DNA of 64,000 nucleotides from Camelus ferus. Taxonomy: Eukaryota. Under the pieces are notes generated by a model. The model did not search any database and was not told the origin of the DNA. It saw only the letters and a list, made by a program, of their open reading frames with translations. This document shows positions 13,732 to 26,095 of this stretch, in pieces. The DNA is taken from the NCBI RefSeq assembly GCF_009834535.1, contig NC_045697.1:44952001-45016000 (forward strand), read 5' to 3'. Every line of letters begins with the position of its first letter. Within the stretch, counting starts at the first letter, position 1. The position numbers and the translations under genes are program-made.

Positions 13732-14040
13732 TTTTTTTTTTTTTTTAAAGTTGTAGTAAAATATATAAAACATAAAATTGGCCATTTGAACCATTTTTAT
13801 GTACTGTTCCATGACGTTACGTACATTCACGCTGTTGTGCAACCATTATCACCATCTGTCTCCAGAGCTTTTCCATCATTCCAAACTGAAACCTTGTACC
13901 CACTAACAATAACTCCCTGCTCCCCCTTCTCCAGTCCCCGGCAACCCCATTCTACTTTCTGTCTCTACAAATTTGACTTCTCTAGATAGGTCACATAAAT
14001 GGAAACATACAGTATTTGTTCTTTTGTGTATGGCTTATTT
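13732..14040 (-). mobile_element. L1M (L1MB-like) 3' end
   Basis: Poly-T followed by AACATAAAATTGGCCATTT...TACATTCACGCTGTTGTGCAACCATTATCACC...GGCAACCCCATTCTACTTTCTGTCTCTA. Confidence 0.85.
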
Positions 14041-14984
14041 AAATCCCCTACTCCTTTTTTTAAAGATGGCATTGTAGTTTTTGCTAGCAACCCCGATATC
14101 TGTTTAGCTGTTTGTAAGACAGTCTTTGCTCCAAGAAGGGAGAGGGGTGACAAGAATCTGTCTAATCACTGGCTCTGGCAGTGGGTTGAGGCGGTTGCAG
14201 GCTCTCCAGGCCAGAGCTCAGCGGCCTTTCTAAACTGGAATGTCAGAATTCCAAGCCCTGCATTACCCTTGGGTCAGGGGTCAGGGCGGGTTTCAAACCC
14301 TGAGTGGCCAAGTTCTGCCTCCTGCTGATGTGGGAAAGGCAGATTGCTCTCCTGCAAGTCGAGGTGGAGAGACAGCTTTGATTTCTTTCAGTTGTATAGG
14401 AAAGGTTAAGCCCAGTGACGGCAGGCGGTTACAGCTTTCAGGAGAAGCTGTGACAATGTTGACCATAGAAAACCATCCCATGGACTGTCAAAGAAGGCAG
14501 GAGGCTTGTTTGTCATTCTTTTCACTTGAAGGAAGGTAAGTTGCCAGAAGTTGCCTGGGGAAGTGACTACCTTTTTGGCCACTGCTTTTCTTTTTTCCAG
14601 AATTACACTTGTTAGAAGTGCATGGATTGTCTAAGGTGGACTTCGGAGAGGTGAGGGATGGCAATGGGAGTGGGGTCAGAGTTCTGCAAGTTGGAGGATG
14701 CAGACTGAACTGCATTGGTGTGGTGCCTGGGCTCCTGTTCAGGGAGGTGAGCCACCCTTGGAGGAGACAGGTGAGCCGTGGAGGCTGCCTCTGAAATCTA
14801 ACTTCTGCATGTTCCATTAGATCTGAGGGCCACGTGGGCAGAGTGATGAAATCCCTGTCCTCTGGTCGTATTGAAGTTTTTGTTTGGAAATTAGCAGAAT
14901 TAGAGGTTTATTTCTCTAAAAGAGTCACAGGAAATTTCAGTGATCGCCATAGAGATAATAAAACCGTGCTCTGGTTTACGTATT

Positions 14985-15520
14985 TGCTCAGTAGGTATCG
15001 GCTTTGTGTCAGGCATTTAACTTGGTGCTGAGGATGCAACAGACGCACAAACACACGTGGTTTCCTCCTTCATGGAGCGCCCAGTCCAGGGAGCAGACAA
15101 ATATTAATCAACCAGTAAGTCGGTCAACAAGTATTCATTGAACATGCATTATGTTCCAGACACTGGGGATCTTCCAGGAAGCTAAGCAGACACAAATCAT
15201 GTAAATAAAACGTCAAATTGCAACTCTGATAAAGGCTAGGAAAGAGAGGTGTTCTAGATCGTGAGAGCCTATAAGCCAAGCTTAATAGCCAGGGAGAGCT
15301 TGTTTGGAGATCCGATGCACAGAAGAGCTTGTCCCCAGGTGAAAGGGGACAAGAGTGCATTCCAAGCAGAGGGAATAAATAGCACATGCAAGGGCCCTGG
15401 GGGAGGGAGCTTGCTGAGAATGAGGATGAGTGGAGGCCATTTGTGGTTGGAGTGGGGAGAGAAGGATTGGTGGACAAATTAACGTTGGAGGGGTAGGCAG
15501 CTACCAGTCAGGAAAGACAT
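14985..15520 (-). mobile_element. L2 3' fragments (two adjacent or nested ends)
   Basis: Antisense L2 3' motifs, including CAACAAGTATTCATTGAACA and GAGTGCATTCCAAGCAGAGGGAATAAATAGCACATGCAAGGGCCCTG. Confidence 0.7.
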
Positions 15521-15599
15521 TCTCAGAAACGTGAGAGGAGTCTGACCTGTCATTTTCCTCCTTAAAATGTCTTTCTTTTCCTCCTCAGCATAGTTCCAT

Positions 15600-15835
15600 G
15601 TAGAAGAGCATCTATTCTGGAGCCAGACTACGAGGGTTGCTCTCCTACCTACAAGCTTTGTGTCCAAACACATGTTACTTAACCTCTCTGCCTCAGTTTT
15701 TAAATCTATAAAATGGTGGATATAATAGTACCTACCTGATAAACTTGTTAGGAAACCTAAACGAGTTTACATATGTAAAGTGTTTAGAACAATGCCAGGC
15801 ACTAATAAGCACCACGTAAATAAGACCTATTACTA
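15600..15835 (+). mobile_element. MIR
   Basis: TCTGGAGCCAGACT...TTACTTAACCTCTCTGCCTCAGTTT...GATATAATAGTACCTACCT. Confidence 0.85.
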
Positions 15836-16684
15836 TCTTACGTGATACGGGGATGGTAGAGAGCAACTTTAGTCACCAGATATCCCCTAGTCAGTTTATA
15901 AGTAAGAAATCCACGCTAAATATTCAGAACATGTAAGTCACAAACAGAGAAAACCTAAAACAAACTGTAGTCCTCTTAAATGTCCCTTTGTGATACGGAA
16001 AAATGCATTTCTCAAGTAAATCATCTTGGAAAATTGCTCTTTCAGAACTGAGAGAACTAAATGCCTTCTTCTTCTTCTTCTTTTTTTTTTTTTTGATAAT
16101 TAAATGCCTTCCACCTTGCCCCATGTGTATTTTGAGATTTTTGAAAGAAAGTGTACTCTTGTTGATGATTTGGGTGATACTCGGAACTGAACAAAGGGCA
16201 GAACTTCCCTCAGATCCTTTCATCACTTTATCAGCTGATGCCACTGAGCAATCAGAATGGTTGAGCCAGAGGCGACCTTGGAGATCAGCTAGTTGTTTGT
16301 TCTGATTTAATTGGCTATTGGTTTCTGCATGAAGTGATCACATTGGGGGAAAAAAGAGCTGGAAGTGTAAGAATCTAATAGACAAGTTGTTAATTTCACT
16401 GAGACACTCCTGGGAAAATCATAAATACCATCTACAGCTTCTCCTTTGGAAGGTGGTAATAATTTTTGCTGAAGTTTTTTTGGTATTTCTGAAAAATAAA
16501 AATAGTAAACAGCGTTACTTTGTTCCTATAGATTTGGTAACATTGTGAGTCATCAGGTCCTCCATGTGGACATTGGAACAAACAAACTTTCATTGAAAGC
16601 TCACTACGTATGAGGCCTTGTGATGGATGCTTTTATATGATGCCTCGTTTAATCCTCACAGAAATGATATGGAATCTTGAAGCC

Positions 16685-17146
16685 TGTGTCACCTGTCCTC
16701 TGCTCTGCTCTGGATTGCAGGGGGCCTGAATGCTATAGCTGAGTTTCCTAGCCTCTCCTGTCCACTGATTCCTGGCTGGGTTTGGGCACTGGGAGGCACT
16801 GGGGAGGTGGAGGGTGGGGTAGTGAGAGAAGTCATTTTTCTCCCATCCCTCTCTGCCTTGGGCTGCATCTTCTCTTTGGCTCCAGCTCCCATGGGTCTGA
16901 CAGACCATGGTTCTAGCTTCCACTTGGTGGATCCATCCCTAGGCTCCAACAATATTCTCTCCTCCCTTGGTCTCTACAGCCAAGGGTTGGTAGAACTTCC
17001 TGCTCTTGTTCATTTCTGGATTACCCTGTTGTCAGCTCTTTGGCTTACAGTCTTTGTCACCTGTATAACCAGTTCCCTGCGTTAAATAACCTCTATTAAA
17101 AATAATTAAAGTGATTTGTTTTGTTTTATTTAGGCCCTAACTGATA
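16685..17146 (+). mobile_element. ERVL solo LTR (LTR33-like) inserted into a MIR
   Basis: TG start, TTCCTGGCTGGGTTTGGGCACTGGGAGGCACTGG, and end CCCTAACTGATAGA. Antisense MIR sequence is present on both sides (16590-16670 and 17150-17200). Confidence 0.6.
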
Positions 17147-20100
17147 GAGTTCAGTAGAATTATACCTGTTTTTTCAGTATATGGGGAAACTGAGAACAAT
17201 ACAGTTCACATGTCCCAATATTAAGCCCATTATCACAAATTTACTAATTAACCTTGCACTCCTAAGTTAATATATACCTCTTCTACTATTATATTATAGT
17301 GCCTTCATGACTTTCTAGAAAGGAGAAACCTTCTTTATAGGGGTTATTTTTCTTGGATCATCAGTATCAAGAGTTTGACCACAATCCCATTTTCGTTCAA
17401 TTGGATTGTTGACTTACTGCAGGATGAGTTTGAGGGTCAATGTCTTACATCTCTCCAGAGACAGAATTATTAGACCCTTATGCAGCAGATCAGAAAAATG
17501 CCCATTTATATGTACACAGATGCTCATTTATATGTACACACAGCTTGGTTCTCTGGGAAATTCTCCATAGACCCACAGAGCCAGCAAGTTTGGGCCACTC
17601 TTCCAGGCCAGGTGATGGTTGCCCTCTGTTCCAATTTGTATAGCAAATTGAGATCTTTATTCTTCACCTTGAATTTATGCAGAGTCAGGGGAGGAATACT
17701 CTTAAATTATCGTTAAGTCCTACATAAGATCAAAGACTTTGGACTTTACCATAATTTTAGGCTTAATTTTTAGACTCTTTTCAAAGGAATAAATCATAGG
17801 CTAAAATGTCTGTGGTCTAAAAACACTGAAGGAATGTTTGGATACCACTGATTTACATACAGAAACTCTTTTTATGAAGACATTGGCATTCTAAAAAGTC
17901 AAATAAAATTTGAATCCTTTCCTGTTAATAATAAAAATAAATGGGACCAAGTAGTGGAGAAGGACGGAGTCTTGGTTAACAAGTATATGTGTGTGCGTGT
18001 GTGTGTTTGTATGTGTGTGTGTAGGGAGGTGGGGTTCAGTGCAAAGCCAAAGCCATCAAAGCAGTGAATGATTTGACTATGTGTTTAGGAAAATAGGTAA
18101 AATTGTGTTGGTTGAACTTAGAGATGGGGAAGAGGGTCTGGATGGAGGAGACTATTATAATACTAATCACAGATTGTAGACATAGCAAATGCTATGTATT
18201 ATAATGCTAGGCAGTAGTTAAGAAAAAAAATGAAGACTTGAACTAAGTGACTTCAGAATGGAAGCTACAGGTGGCTACCTGAGATTATGTGGAGGTAGAA
18301 TTGGTAAGATTTGATCATTGATTGCGGTAGGAAGTAAGGGAGGAGAAAAAACTTGAGGATTATTCCGAGGTTTAGAGTCTTCATGACTCAGTCTTTTCCT
18401 TCATATAATATCCAACTCAAGGAACAGTGCATCCTATTCTGGAGCTTTCAGATTACTACTGGAAACTGGTTTCTAGCCATCCTTCTTTGATGAGAACAGA
18501 GAAACATGCCAAGTGGCTTACAACACCTCTATTTCCATCTGAGGCAGGGAAAAAAAAGCATCTGGGAGATGCTGAAGTCATCAGGATTGCTGACCATGTG
18601 CTGAGACCATGAATGTCATGTAAATGGGGAGCCTTCCAGCTACTCATCACACAGATAGGGACTAAAAATCAAGGGGCTTGACAGTATTTTTAGATCTCTA
18701 GGTAAGATCTAAAGATCTCTGGGTGAGAATTTTGTACAGGCTCAGGCAAGGGGTGAGGGAATTATCCACTGCAGACTCACCAGGAATCAGAAGTAAGCCT
18801 TGCAGGGTGGTTCTCCTACCTTGCACACCCCAGCACTCTAGTCAGGAGGGTCTATGCACTGCCTGATTGTGCCTTTCCTGTCCTAGCTGCTGATCCTCTC
18901 ACCTGCAGGACCCGCTCCTCACCGCCATTCAGATCCTCCCATCCTCAGAGCCTGGATGCCCCCTGCTGCCCAACGTCCTCCTCAGTCATTGGCTTTCCTT
19001 TAAACTGTCACAGTGCGCAAATTTCCCGTTATTTTATACTTCACCATATCTTGCATTTTATTACCCTTTCATTTTTCCATTTGTGTCCATCTTGTCTTTC
19101 CAAGTAGATCGCTAACTCCTTGAGGGAAGAACTATTTCTTCCTCTTTACCGTCATCTAGTACAGAGTGAATACTTGTGGAGTAACTGATTTAGTGTGGAC
19201 ATTTTTTGCCCCAGTCTACCCCTAGCTCCTGGCCACCTGATCTACTTAGCTACCTCTTGCTTCCTTCTTTAGCCATTGGGCTGATGGCACACAGTCCAAG
19301 TTCTGAACACTCAAATCTTTCTTCCAGGACATAAAGAGCTCCAGACATGGAGGTAAGGAGGGAGGGAGGGAGGGAGAAAGAAAAATGTGTTTAGGAATAG
19401 CAACCTGTGACTATCTTTATAATAGCACCTACATATTATTTCACTTGGAAAATACAGTAATATAATATAATAATCTGTTTTGTGTATCTGTCTCCTCTAT
19501 TAGACTGCAGCTTCCTTGAGGATAAAGTTCCATTTTTAAGTCTGGTGCTTTTTTTTCCCCCTCTATGTTACGTTTACACTGCCATTTTCAAACGTGCCAT
19601 AGATCTTGGAATTTTAAACTAAAGCCTTCCCTTCAGTTACTGAGAATAATTACTAGCCTTATTATATACTGACAGTTATTCAGTGCGTCCTTCCTCTATA
19701 TGGAAGGGAGTATTTAGGACATTTTCTTTGTTATGAGACACCAGCCCCACCACATTCTAGAGGACAGGGAGGCTCTGCTTCTCGAAGTTAACATCAAAAG
19801 AAGATCACTTATGGTTATAATTGCTCCCTGGCAGAAAGGTTGCCACGGACACTGGAGAACATTCACGGTTAATTTCTTAGAACCATAGCTAATGGGACAA
19901 ATCGCTCGGCCATGGAGACTCCTCAAGCTGAAAGGGCATAAAGGGATGTAAAGGGGAAAGCAGGTCACGGGCTGTGCCCTGGATCCTGGGGAGGTTCATG
20001 GCCAGGAGAAAGCAGGCAGATGTGACTCACTGGGATGGCTGTGGGAGGCATTGGACTCAGCTGTCCCAGCTGGGCGGACATCTGCAGCACGTGATTGATA

Positions 20101-20754
20101 CCAGTGCAAAGACCGCGCCAGCCAGCCAAGGGTGTGTCGCAGGGACAACGAGGGTGTGAACCTGTGAGAAAATCTGATGAGGGACACCGAATAGCAGCAG
20201 CGAGCCCTCTCCTCCCGCCGAAGTCTAACTAGGCTCAGCTGACTTGGAGCACGTCAGAGAGGGGCTGTGACTTATCCTAGATCACGTGGAATGGTAGCGG
20301 CCAGGCTGGGACTAACAGCTGGATGGTCAGACTTCCGGGCTAGTGCCCTCACCGTAGACCACACAGAAAGCAAGACATAAGCAGATTTTTAAGAAGCTGT
20401 GTAATCAGGCCAGGAACAACCTGACTTTTGGGCAGCTTGCTTCTTCAAAGCCCAGAAGGTCTTTAGGATGTTCAGCGACCACAGTGACTTGACAGAGCGG
20501 CTTGTTATTATTTCCTGGAGGTGATTCTTGTAGATTAAGTTGGAAAAATATTGCAGTAGTGCAGTCATTACACATGTGCTGATCTTTATTGATGTATAAG
20601 GAGGAACAACAATGATGCATATAAGAAGGAGATTTAAGTGGGAACTCTTCCTGTGCAAGCAGCACTTTGTCTTTCAAACAGGAAGCAGTAGTATGTAGTT
20701 AAAACTAGAATAATCTTTACAATAATTTTTTAAAAGGTAATAAACAGCTTGAAT

Positions 20755-20960
20755 TTGCCAAACACTTCACTTACTCAACATGCTTTGACAAATCCTATCT
20801 CACTGGACCCTCACAGCTATGCATAACTTAGGAGGTAGTAGCAGTCCCCCGATTTGTAGATGAAGAATCTGAAACCGGGAAGGCTTGGTGATTTGCCCAA
20901 GAGCACACAGTAGTTACTGTCAGAACCAGGACTAGAGTTTTGCTTCTTTATCTAGTGTTC
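20755..20960 (-). mobile_element. MIR
   Basis: ATTTGTAGATGAAGAATCTGA...TGATTTGCCCAAGAGCACACAG. Confidence 0.75.
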
Positions 20961-21900
20961 TTGTGTTGTAAAGTTCACAATCCCTTTCCGGAAATTTTGA
21001 AATCCAAACAAAAATAACATGTCTATTTTTGCTTTCCTAACTTACTTGGGAGCAAAACTACCTGTCCTGAACTACTTTGGCAACAAAACCTGTTTTGAGA
21101 TGATGTGAAAGGTCTTTATTGTCCTCTTTAGGGAGAATATTCATACATTTTATTACAGAAATTTTAATGTGTTCAATTACAAGTTGCCCCAAACCAGTGT
21201 GTTATCTTTGTTATATGAGCCATCTTGTCTTTCTAAAATAAATTCGATTTCAAAAGCACATCTGAACAGAAGAGTTTTGGGTAATAATTGTAACCCTTAA
21301 ATAGCCTGGCTCTGCCATCTGACAGGAAACTAGATGTTTATATTAACCAGATATAGTTAATAGTCAATATAGGTGCCATATATGTATCACTGATGTTGAA
21401 TAAATTAGACTATATTGAAACAGACTTAATATCGATTCAGCAGTTGTTGGGAGGGTTAAAGAAGATAATTCAGGTAAGTCATTTGGCACAGTGGTTTACG
21501 GGACACATTCCCTAACTAGAGTGGTGTTAGCTGTTACCTTTCTTATTAACTTTGTATCCCCACAAGGAAGCAGTGACAAGCAGAGGTTAAGGAACTTGCC
21601 CAAGGTCACATGGCTAGTAAGTGGCACCACTAGGACTGGACACCTATACTGTCTCTTCCACCCAAAGCATATGCAAAACCAGTAGGGTAGAGATCATTCT
21701 CGGATCTTCCAGGGGGCTCTGGAAATCCTTCCAGATCATCATTATGAAAATTAATTACTGAATCATTGGACTGTAGCATGTGGAAGTGCTGTTTAATAGC
21801 CTGCTGGTTAAGCCAGGTTTTGTTGGCTACAGATGGAGAGAAGGAGAAGGAGAGGGAGGGAGAGAGGAGAGGACAATTCTCTACTAGAGAACGCCTATAA

Positions 21901-22104
21901 TTGGGAGTTGGGATTAGCAGATACAAACCACTATATTCAGAATAAACAACAAGGCCCCACTGTATAGCATAGGGAATTATATTCAATAACTTGCTATATA
22001 ACCTATATGAAAAAGAATATATATATAATTGAATCACTATGCTGTACACCAGAAACTAACACAGCATTGTAAATCAACTATAAATACATGAATAAATAGA
22101 CCGA
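21901..22104 (+). mobile_element. 5'-truncated young L1 3' end with TSD
   Basis: TTGGGAGTTGGGATTAGCAGATACAAACCACTATA...GAATCACTATGCTGTACACCAGAAACTAACAC. TSD is AGAGAACGCC-TATAA (21886-21900) / AGAGAATGCCTTATAA (22105-22120). Confidence 0.92.
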
Positions 22105-22619
22105 AGAGAATGCCTTATAAATTAAAAGTGTGGAATGATTTTACAGGGTGATTGGCAAACCTCTAGTCCAGAGAATTCTTACAAGAACAGTAACTTCCTT
22201 GGGTGGATTCCTGAGGTCTTTCTGGGAATTAGAGCAAAGAGAAGACACTCCCAGGACTTCCCCCCACGCCCCAATTCTGTGGCTTGGGCGGATGGAACCT
22301 GTGGTTTGAGGGGGAAATAATCATGACCTACGTATATATCATGAGATTTTGCTCCGCTCCCCTCCTCCGGCCAGCTTCTCTCACACTGGCTCTTGTGCTT
22401 TCTCAGCTTCCTTACTTTGAATTTAGGACTTTTCATCTTCCAACCTCCCTTTGGAGGTGAGGGCCTACCTGAGGGTGGGGGTGGGGCTGATAGGGACGAG
22501 GACGGGGATGGACTCGGGAGATGAGAGGAGATTGGTGCTGGCCTCACAAATGGCTTCTGATCTCGCAGCTCCTTCCTGCCACAACTCACATCCCCACATC
22601 CCAGATGGTGGGAGGAGAG

Positions 22620-22860
22620 CTGTGGTCCGGCAGGACAGGCTGGCGAGAAAGTGAGCCCCTCGGCAGCTAAGCCTGAGATTAAGGGGGCCTCGTGCCATTG
22701 TGCTGGCAGCTGCTCCGCCTCCCCCGCGTGCGGTGCGGCATCAGCCCACGTCTGGTTCTATTTGCTGCTTGGGGATGCGGCACTTGAAAGGCGCCCCTCC
22801 CCCAGACTCCTTGACATTTGTCCAGAGATTAATTGGGCTAATCCCCTTCTTGGAAGAATA
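22620..22860. promoter_or_regulatory. Candidate cis-regulatory element (small CpG-rich block with homeodomain motifs)
   Basis: Non-repeat GC-rich block with about a dozen CpGs, plus CTAAGCC, two GAGATTAA and GCTAATCCCC motifs. Function is inferred, not shown. Confidence 0.4.
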
Positions 22861-25439
22861 GGTTGGAGAGTGTGTGTTGGGGGAGGGTGGGGAGGCAGGC
22901 TGGGATTGAAGACAGGCATTAATGAAGGCGCTGGGGCTTCTGGAGTCTTTGAAGGAAGAAAAGAGCAAATTTCTCTGCTGTTCCCGGACAAGGCTGACAG
23001 GTGGGCAGGGAGACCGCAGTTCTTCTGTTCTGCCCGGCTTTGCCAGAAGGTCTGTGCACACCAGCAGTAACGACTTTTGACAGCACCAGCTGTCACTCAG
23101 GGAGGAAGCTCTCCCAGCACACCTTGGCTTGCCATTCCCGGCTCTTGTCGTGAGGGCGAAGGTGAGAGCCCCAGGGCAGGCTGTCCTGACTGTCCAAAAC
23201 ACACATCGCTCAGATACTTGTCTGGGAGACTTACAAAAGAACATTTACATTTTATTTTGAACCAGGCATTCAAAATAAGCATCATTTATTATTTGAGATT
23301 TCGGGTCGAGGGAAGGCAGGGGACCACGGCAGTGTTTTCTTGGGCTTCGTGCAGCTGTCCAGATTTCAGAGAGCACGCAAAACTTTTCACTTTATTGTCG
23401 AATAGTAATAGCAAGCATTTATTGGGAGCTATTTTGCGCCAGGACATTGTTCTGAACATTTTACATGTATTAATCAATTTTTTTTAATTCGTCACAATTC
23501 ATATGAAGAAGATGGTGATATTGTCTTCATTTTACAGCGCTAGTAACCTGCTCAGGGTCCTTTGTAAATGGTGGCACCAAGACTCAGAATTCTACAGTCC
23601 AGAGGCTCCAACCTCTAACCACGGCACTAGGCTGCATTGCTAACAGAGAAAAGGGAATAAGCATTTTGCTGGGCTGGTCCCAGGTTGGAACCTGACTTCC
23701 GTGAGATTGAACAGTTAATTGAGGATAATGCATCTGGGGAGAACTAAGGCTAAAGAGCCATGGAAATACCTGGAGGTCCCTGGGAACCTCTGAAAGATAC
23801 GTGCTTAGTTGTACTATAGGTGGAAATTTTCCTCCAGCGAACAGGATTCCAGTCATGTACTGTGTTTCTTTGTAAATTACTGCAGACACTGGCATGACGA
23901 AAATGAAGAGAGTGCTGGCTAATCAAATGAACTTATAAGAAGAGAGTTCTTAAAGTAGGACTATGTTAATGCACATTAGAAAAACTATTCGTAGGAATTT
24001 TTTAAATGTCACTGCAAGGTGAACGGAAATCTGCATAGGTATGAATATCTGACCATCTTTTATCAGAGGTAAGATATCTAAGTCACAGAAATTGCTTGGG
24101 GGGGGGGGACCTGAAATGACAGTTGCTAATTTCAGAACAATGATTGGAGAGTTTGGGGCATATCTTTGTGGTTTTTGAGCACAGTGAGCAATCTTTGACT
24201 TAGGAGCATCTAACTTAAATCTGCTTCTCCCCTCTATGTACCCGCTGTCCGCACAGCAGGCAGCACATACAACCTCTCCTTTTCCAGCCATGGTTCTTTT
24301 TCCTGTTGTGAGCATCAGTTTCTGGGCACTAGAGACCAGTGCAGATTCTCAAGTAGGGTGAGGAAGATAAAGGAGAGTAGATGTAGAGTCAGTTCGCCTC
24401 CTGTTTGATCTTCAAAACTATCCTAAGAAGGAGGGCTGTCTTCCCTTGATGATGTGGAAACCGAAGGTCAGAGAACTTGCTAACCCAAGACTCTCCAATG
24501 AGGCAGTAGCCGAAATGGCTTTATACCCAGGCTGTGGTGCCCAGAATGGGGCTTCCCACATTGCGTCCACTCCTACTTGTCACCATGGGTCCGGCCCCAG
24601 GTGGTAAAGATGGGGAATGAAGGAAGGGACAACCTTATCCTGCCACCTTGGTGTCAGCCCGCTCCTTCCTCTGCTTTGCTGCCAGGCCATTTTGCCACAC
24701 CTGGAGGAGTCAGTCTTCTTGCTTTAGCGCTGAGGGGGAAGGGACGAAAGTAGGCATTTCTTCTTCTTGATTTCTCATTTTGTACCTTTCTCCCAGTTCA
24801 GCTGCAGCCCCCTCTCTCACCTCCCAACTCTGCTCTCATCCCGTGCGGATCCTCATTGCTCACTTGGCCCTGGGAGAAGCTACCCCATTCTTGACTCCTT
24901 AAGATAGAAAAAGACTTTAGTCATCTTCATTAAACTCCTCAGCCTGACAAATCTGAGGGGGAAATCCTCCTGTGTCCTCAGGAAGCTGGTTTTCAATATT
25001 CCTCACCGGTACAGGGGTGCAGTTGAAAATTTACTACACCCAGAAAAAAACATGATGCTACAGTTTGTCACAAGAGAACCGGTTCCAAACCAAAGATTTC
25101 CTGATAAACTGAAACAGCTTCTTTTTCTGAGTTGAGGATCTCTAGCCAAATCTCCTGTTCCTCCATATAGAGTCTTTAGTTCCTGATAAAATGCTCAGTG
25201 GTTTTCAAGTCATACTCCTTTTTGCATGAATTTGATATCTTAATAGGTAATGTCATCTACACCCATCTGGCTTTATTTTAGCATGGCTTAATTTGCTAGG
25301 TGACAGGATCAAACCCAATCTTTCCTCCTCGGTGCCTTGGGTGGTGCACGCACCCCACTCTTCGTACTGCACTGTGGTCAGTCACTCACCTGCCTTTGAG
25401 TCACATCAGAAGTGACTTCTGTGGTTGCACAGACCATGT

Positions 25440-26095
25440 TGTAACTTATTTTGCATCTTACTCTAACATCCTTCCCCTTTTCCCTGTCCAATCCATTTTC
25501 CACACAGCAGCCAGAGAGAGCTTTTGAAAACATAAATCAGATTGTGTCATTATCTCGCTTAAAACTTTTCAGTCTCCCCACTGCCTTCAAATGCAATGTG
25601 CTTGCCTGACAGGGGCTCCCCACCCCCTCCCCGGCAGGTCCTGGCTCTTCTCCAGCCTTGCTCCAGGCCTGCCGGCCTTTGCTCCGTGCTCTGCTGCCTC
25701 AGGGCCTTGGAGCCTGCTCTTGTCTCTGTCTGGAATGTTCTCCTGGCTTTTGCATAGTTGGCTCCTTCTCATGCCTCCAGTCTTAAATGCTTAAATGTCA
25801 CCTTAAATGTCAGAGAGCCCTTTCCCTGAGCGCTTCATCTGAAGTAAGTCTTCCCTGGTACTTGCTGTCTTCTGCATTCAGTTTCATTTCTTTGTAGCAT
25901 AGATTACAATCAGCAATGACTTTATTGACCCGTTTTGCATTCTCTATTTCTCTTATTAGAATTCAGGCATCATGAGAACAGGGTTCTCATCTGTTCAAGG
26001 ATGTATCTTCAGCACAAAGTGTAGTGCTTGGCTTGGGTCAGTGTGCTCCGTGTGTATGTGTGTTTAAGAAATGAATGCGTGAAAGAACAGATGAA
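25440..26095 (+). mobile_element. L2 3' fragment
   Basis: CCAATCCATTTTCCACACAGCAGCCAGAG...AACATAAATCAGATT...CCTCAGGGCCTTGG...CTCTGTCTGGAATGTTCT, ending in a GAATG-like tail. Confidence 0.85.

Noticed and set aside
21470..21481. Consensus splice donor CAG|GTAAGT
   Set aside because: It sits within a decayed MIR and has no convincing upstream acceptor.
22651..23487. Cluster of overlapping 112-167 aa ORFs
   Set aside because: Explained by local GC richness; no protein family recognised.
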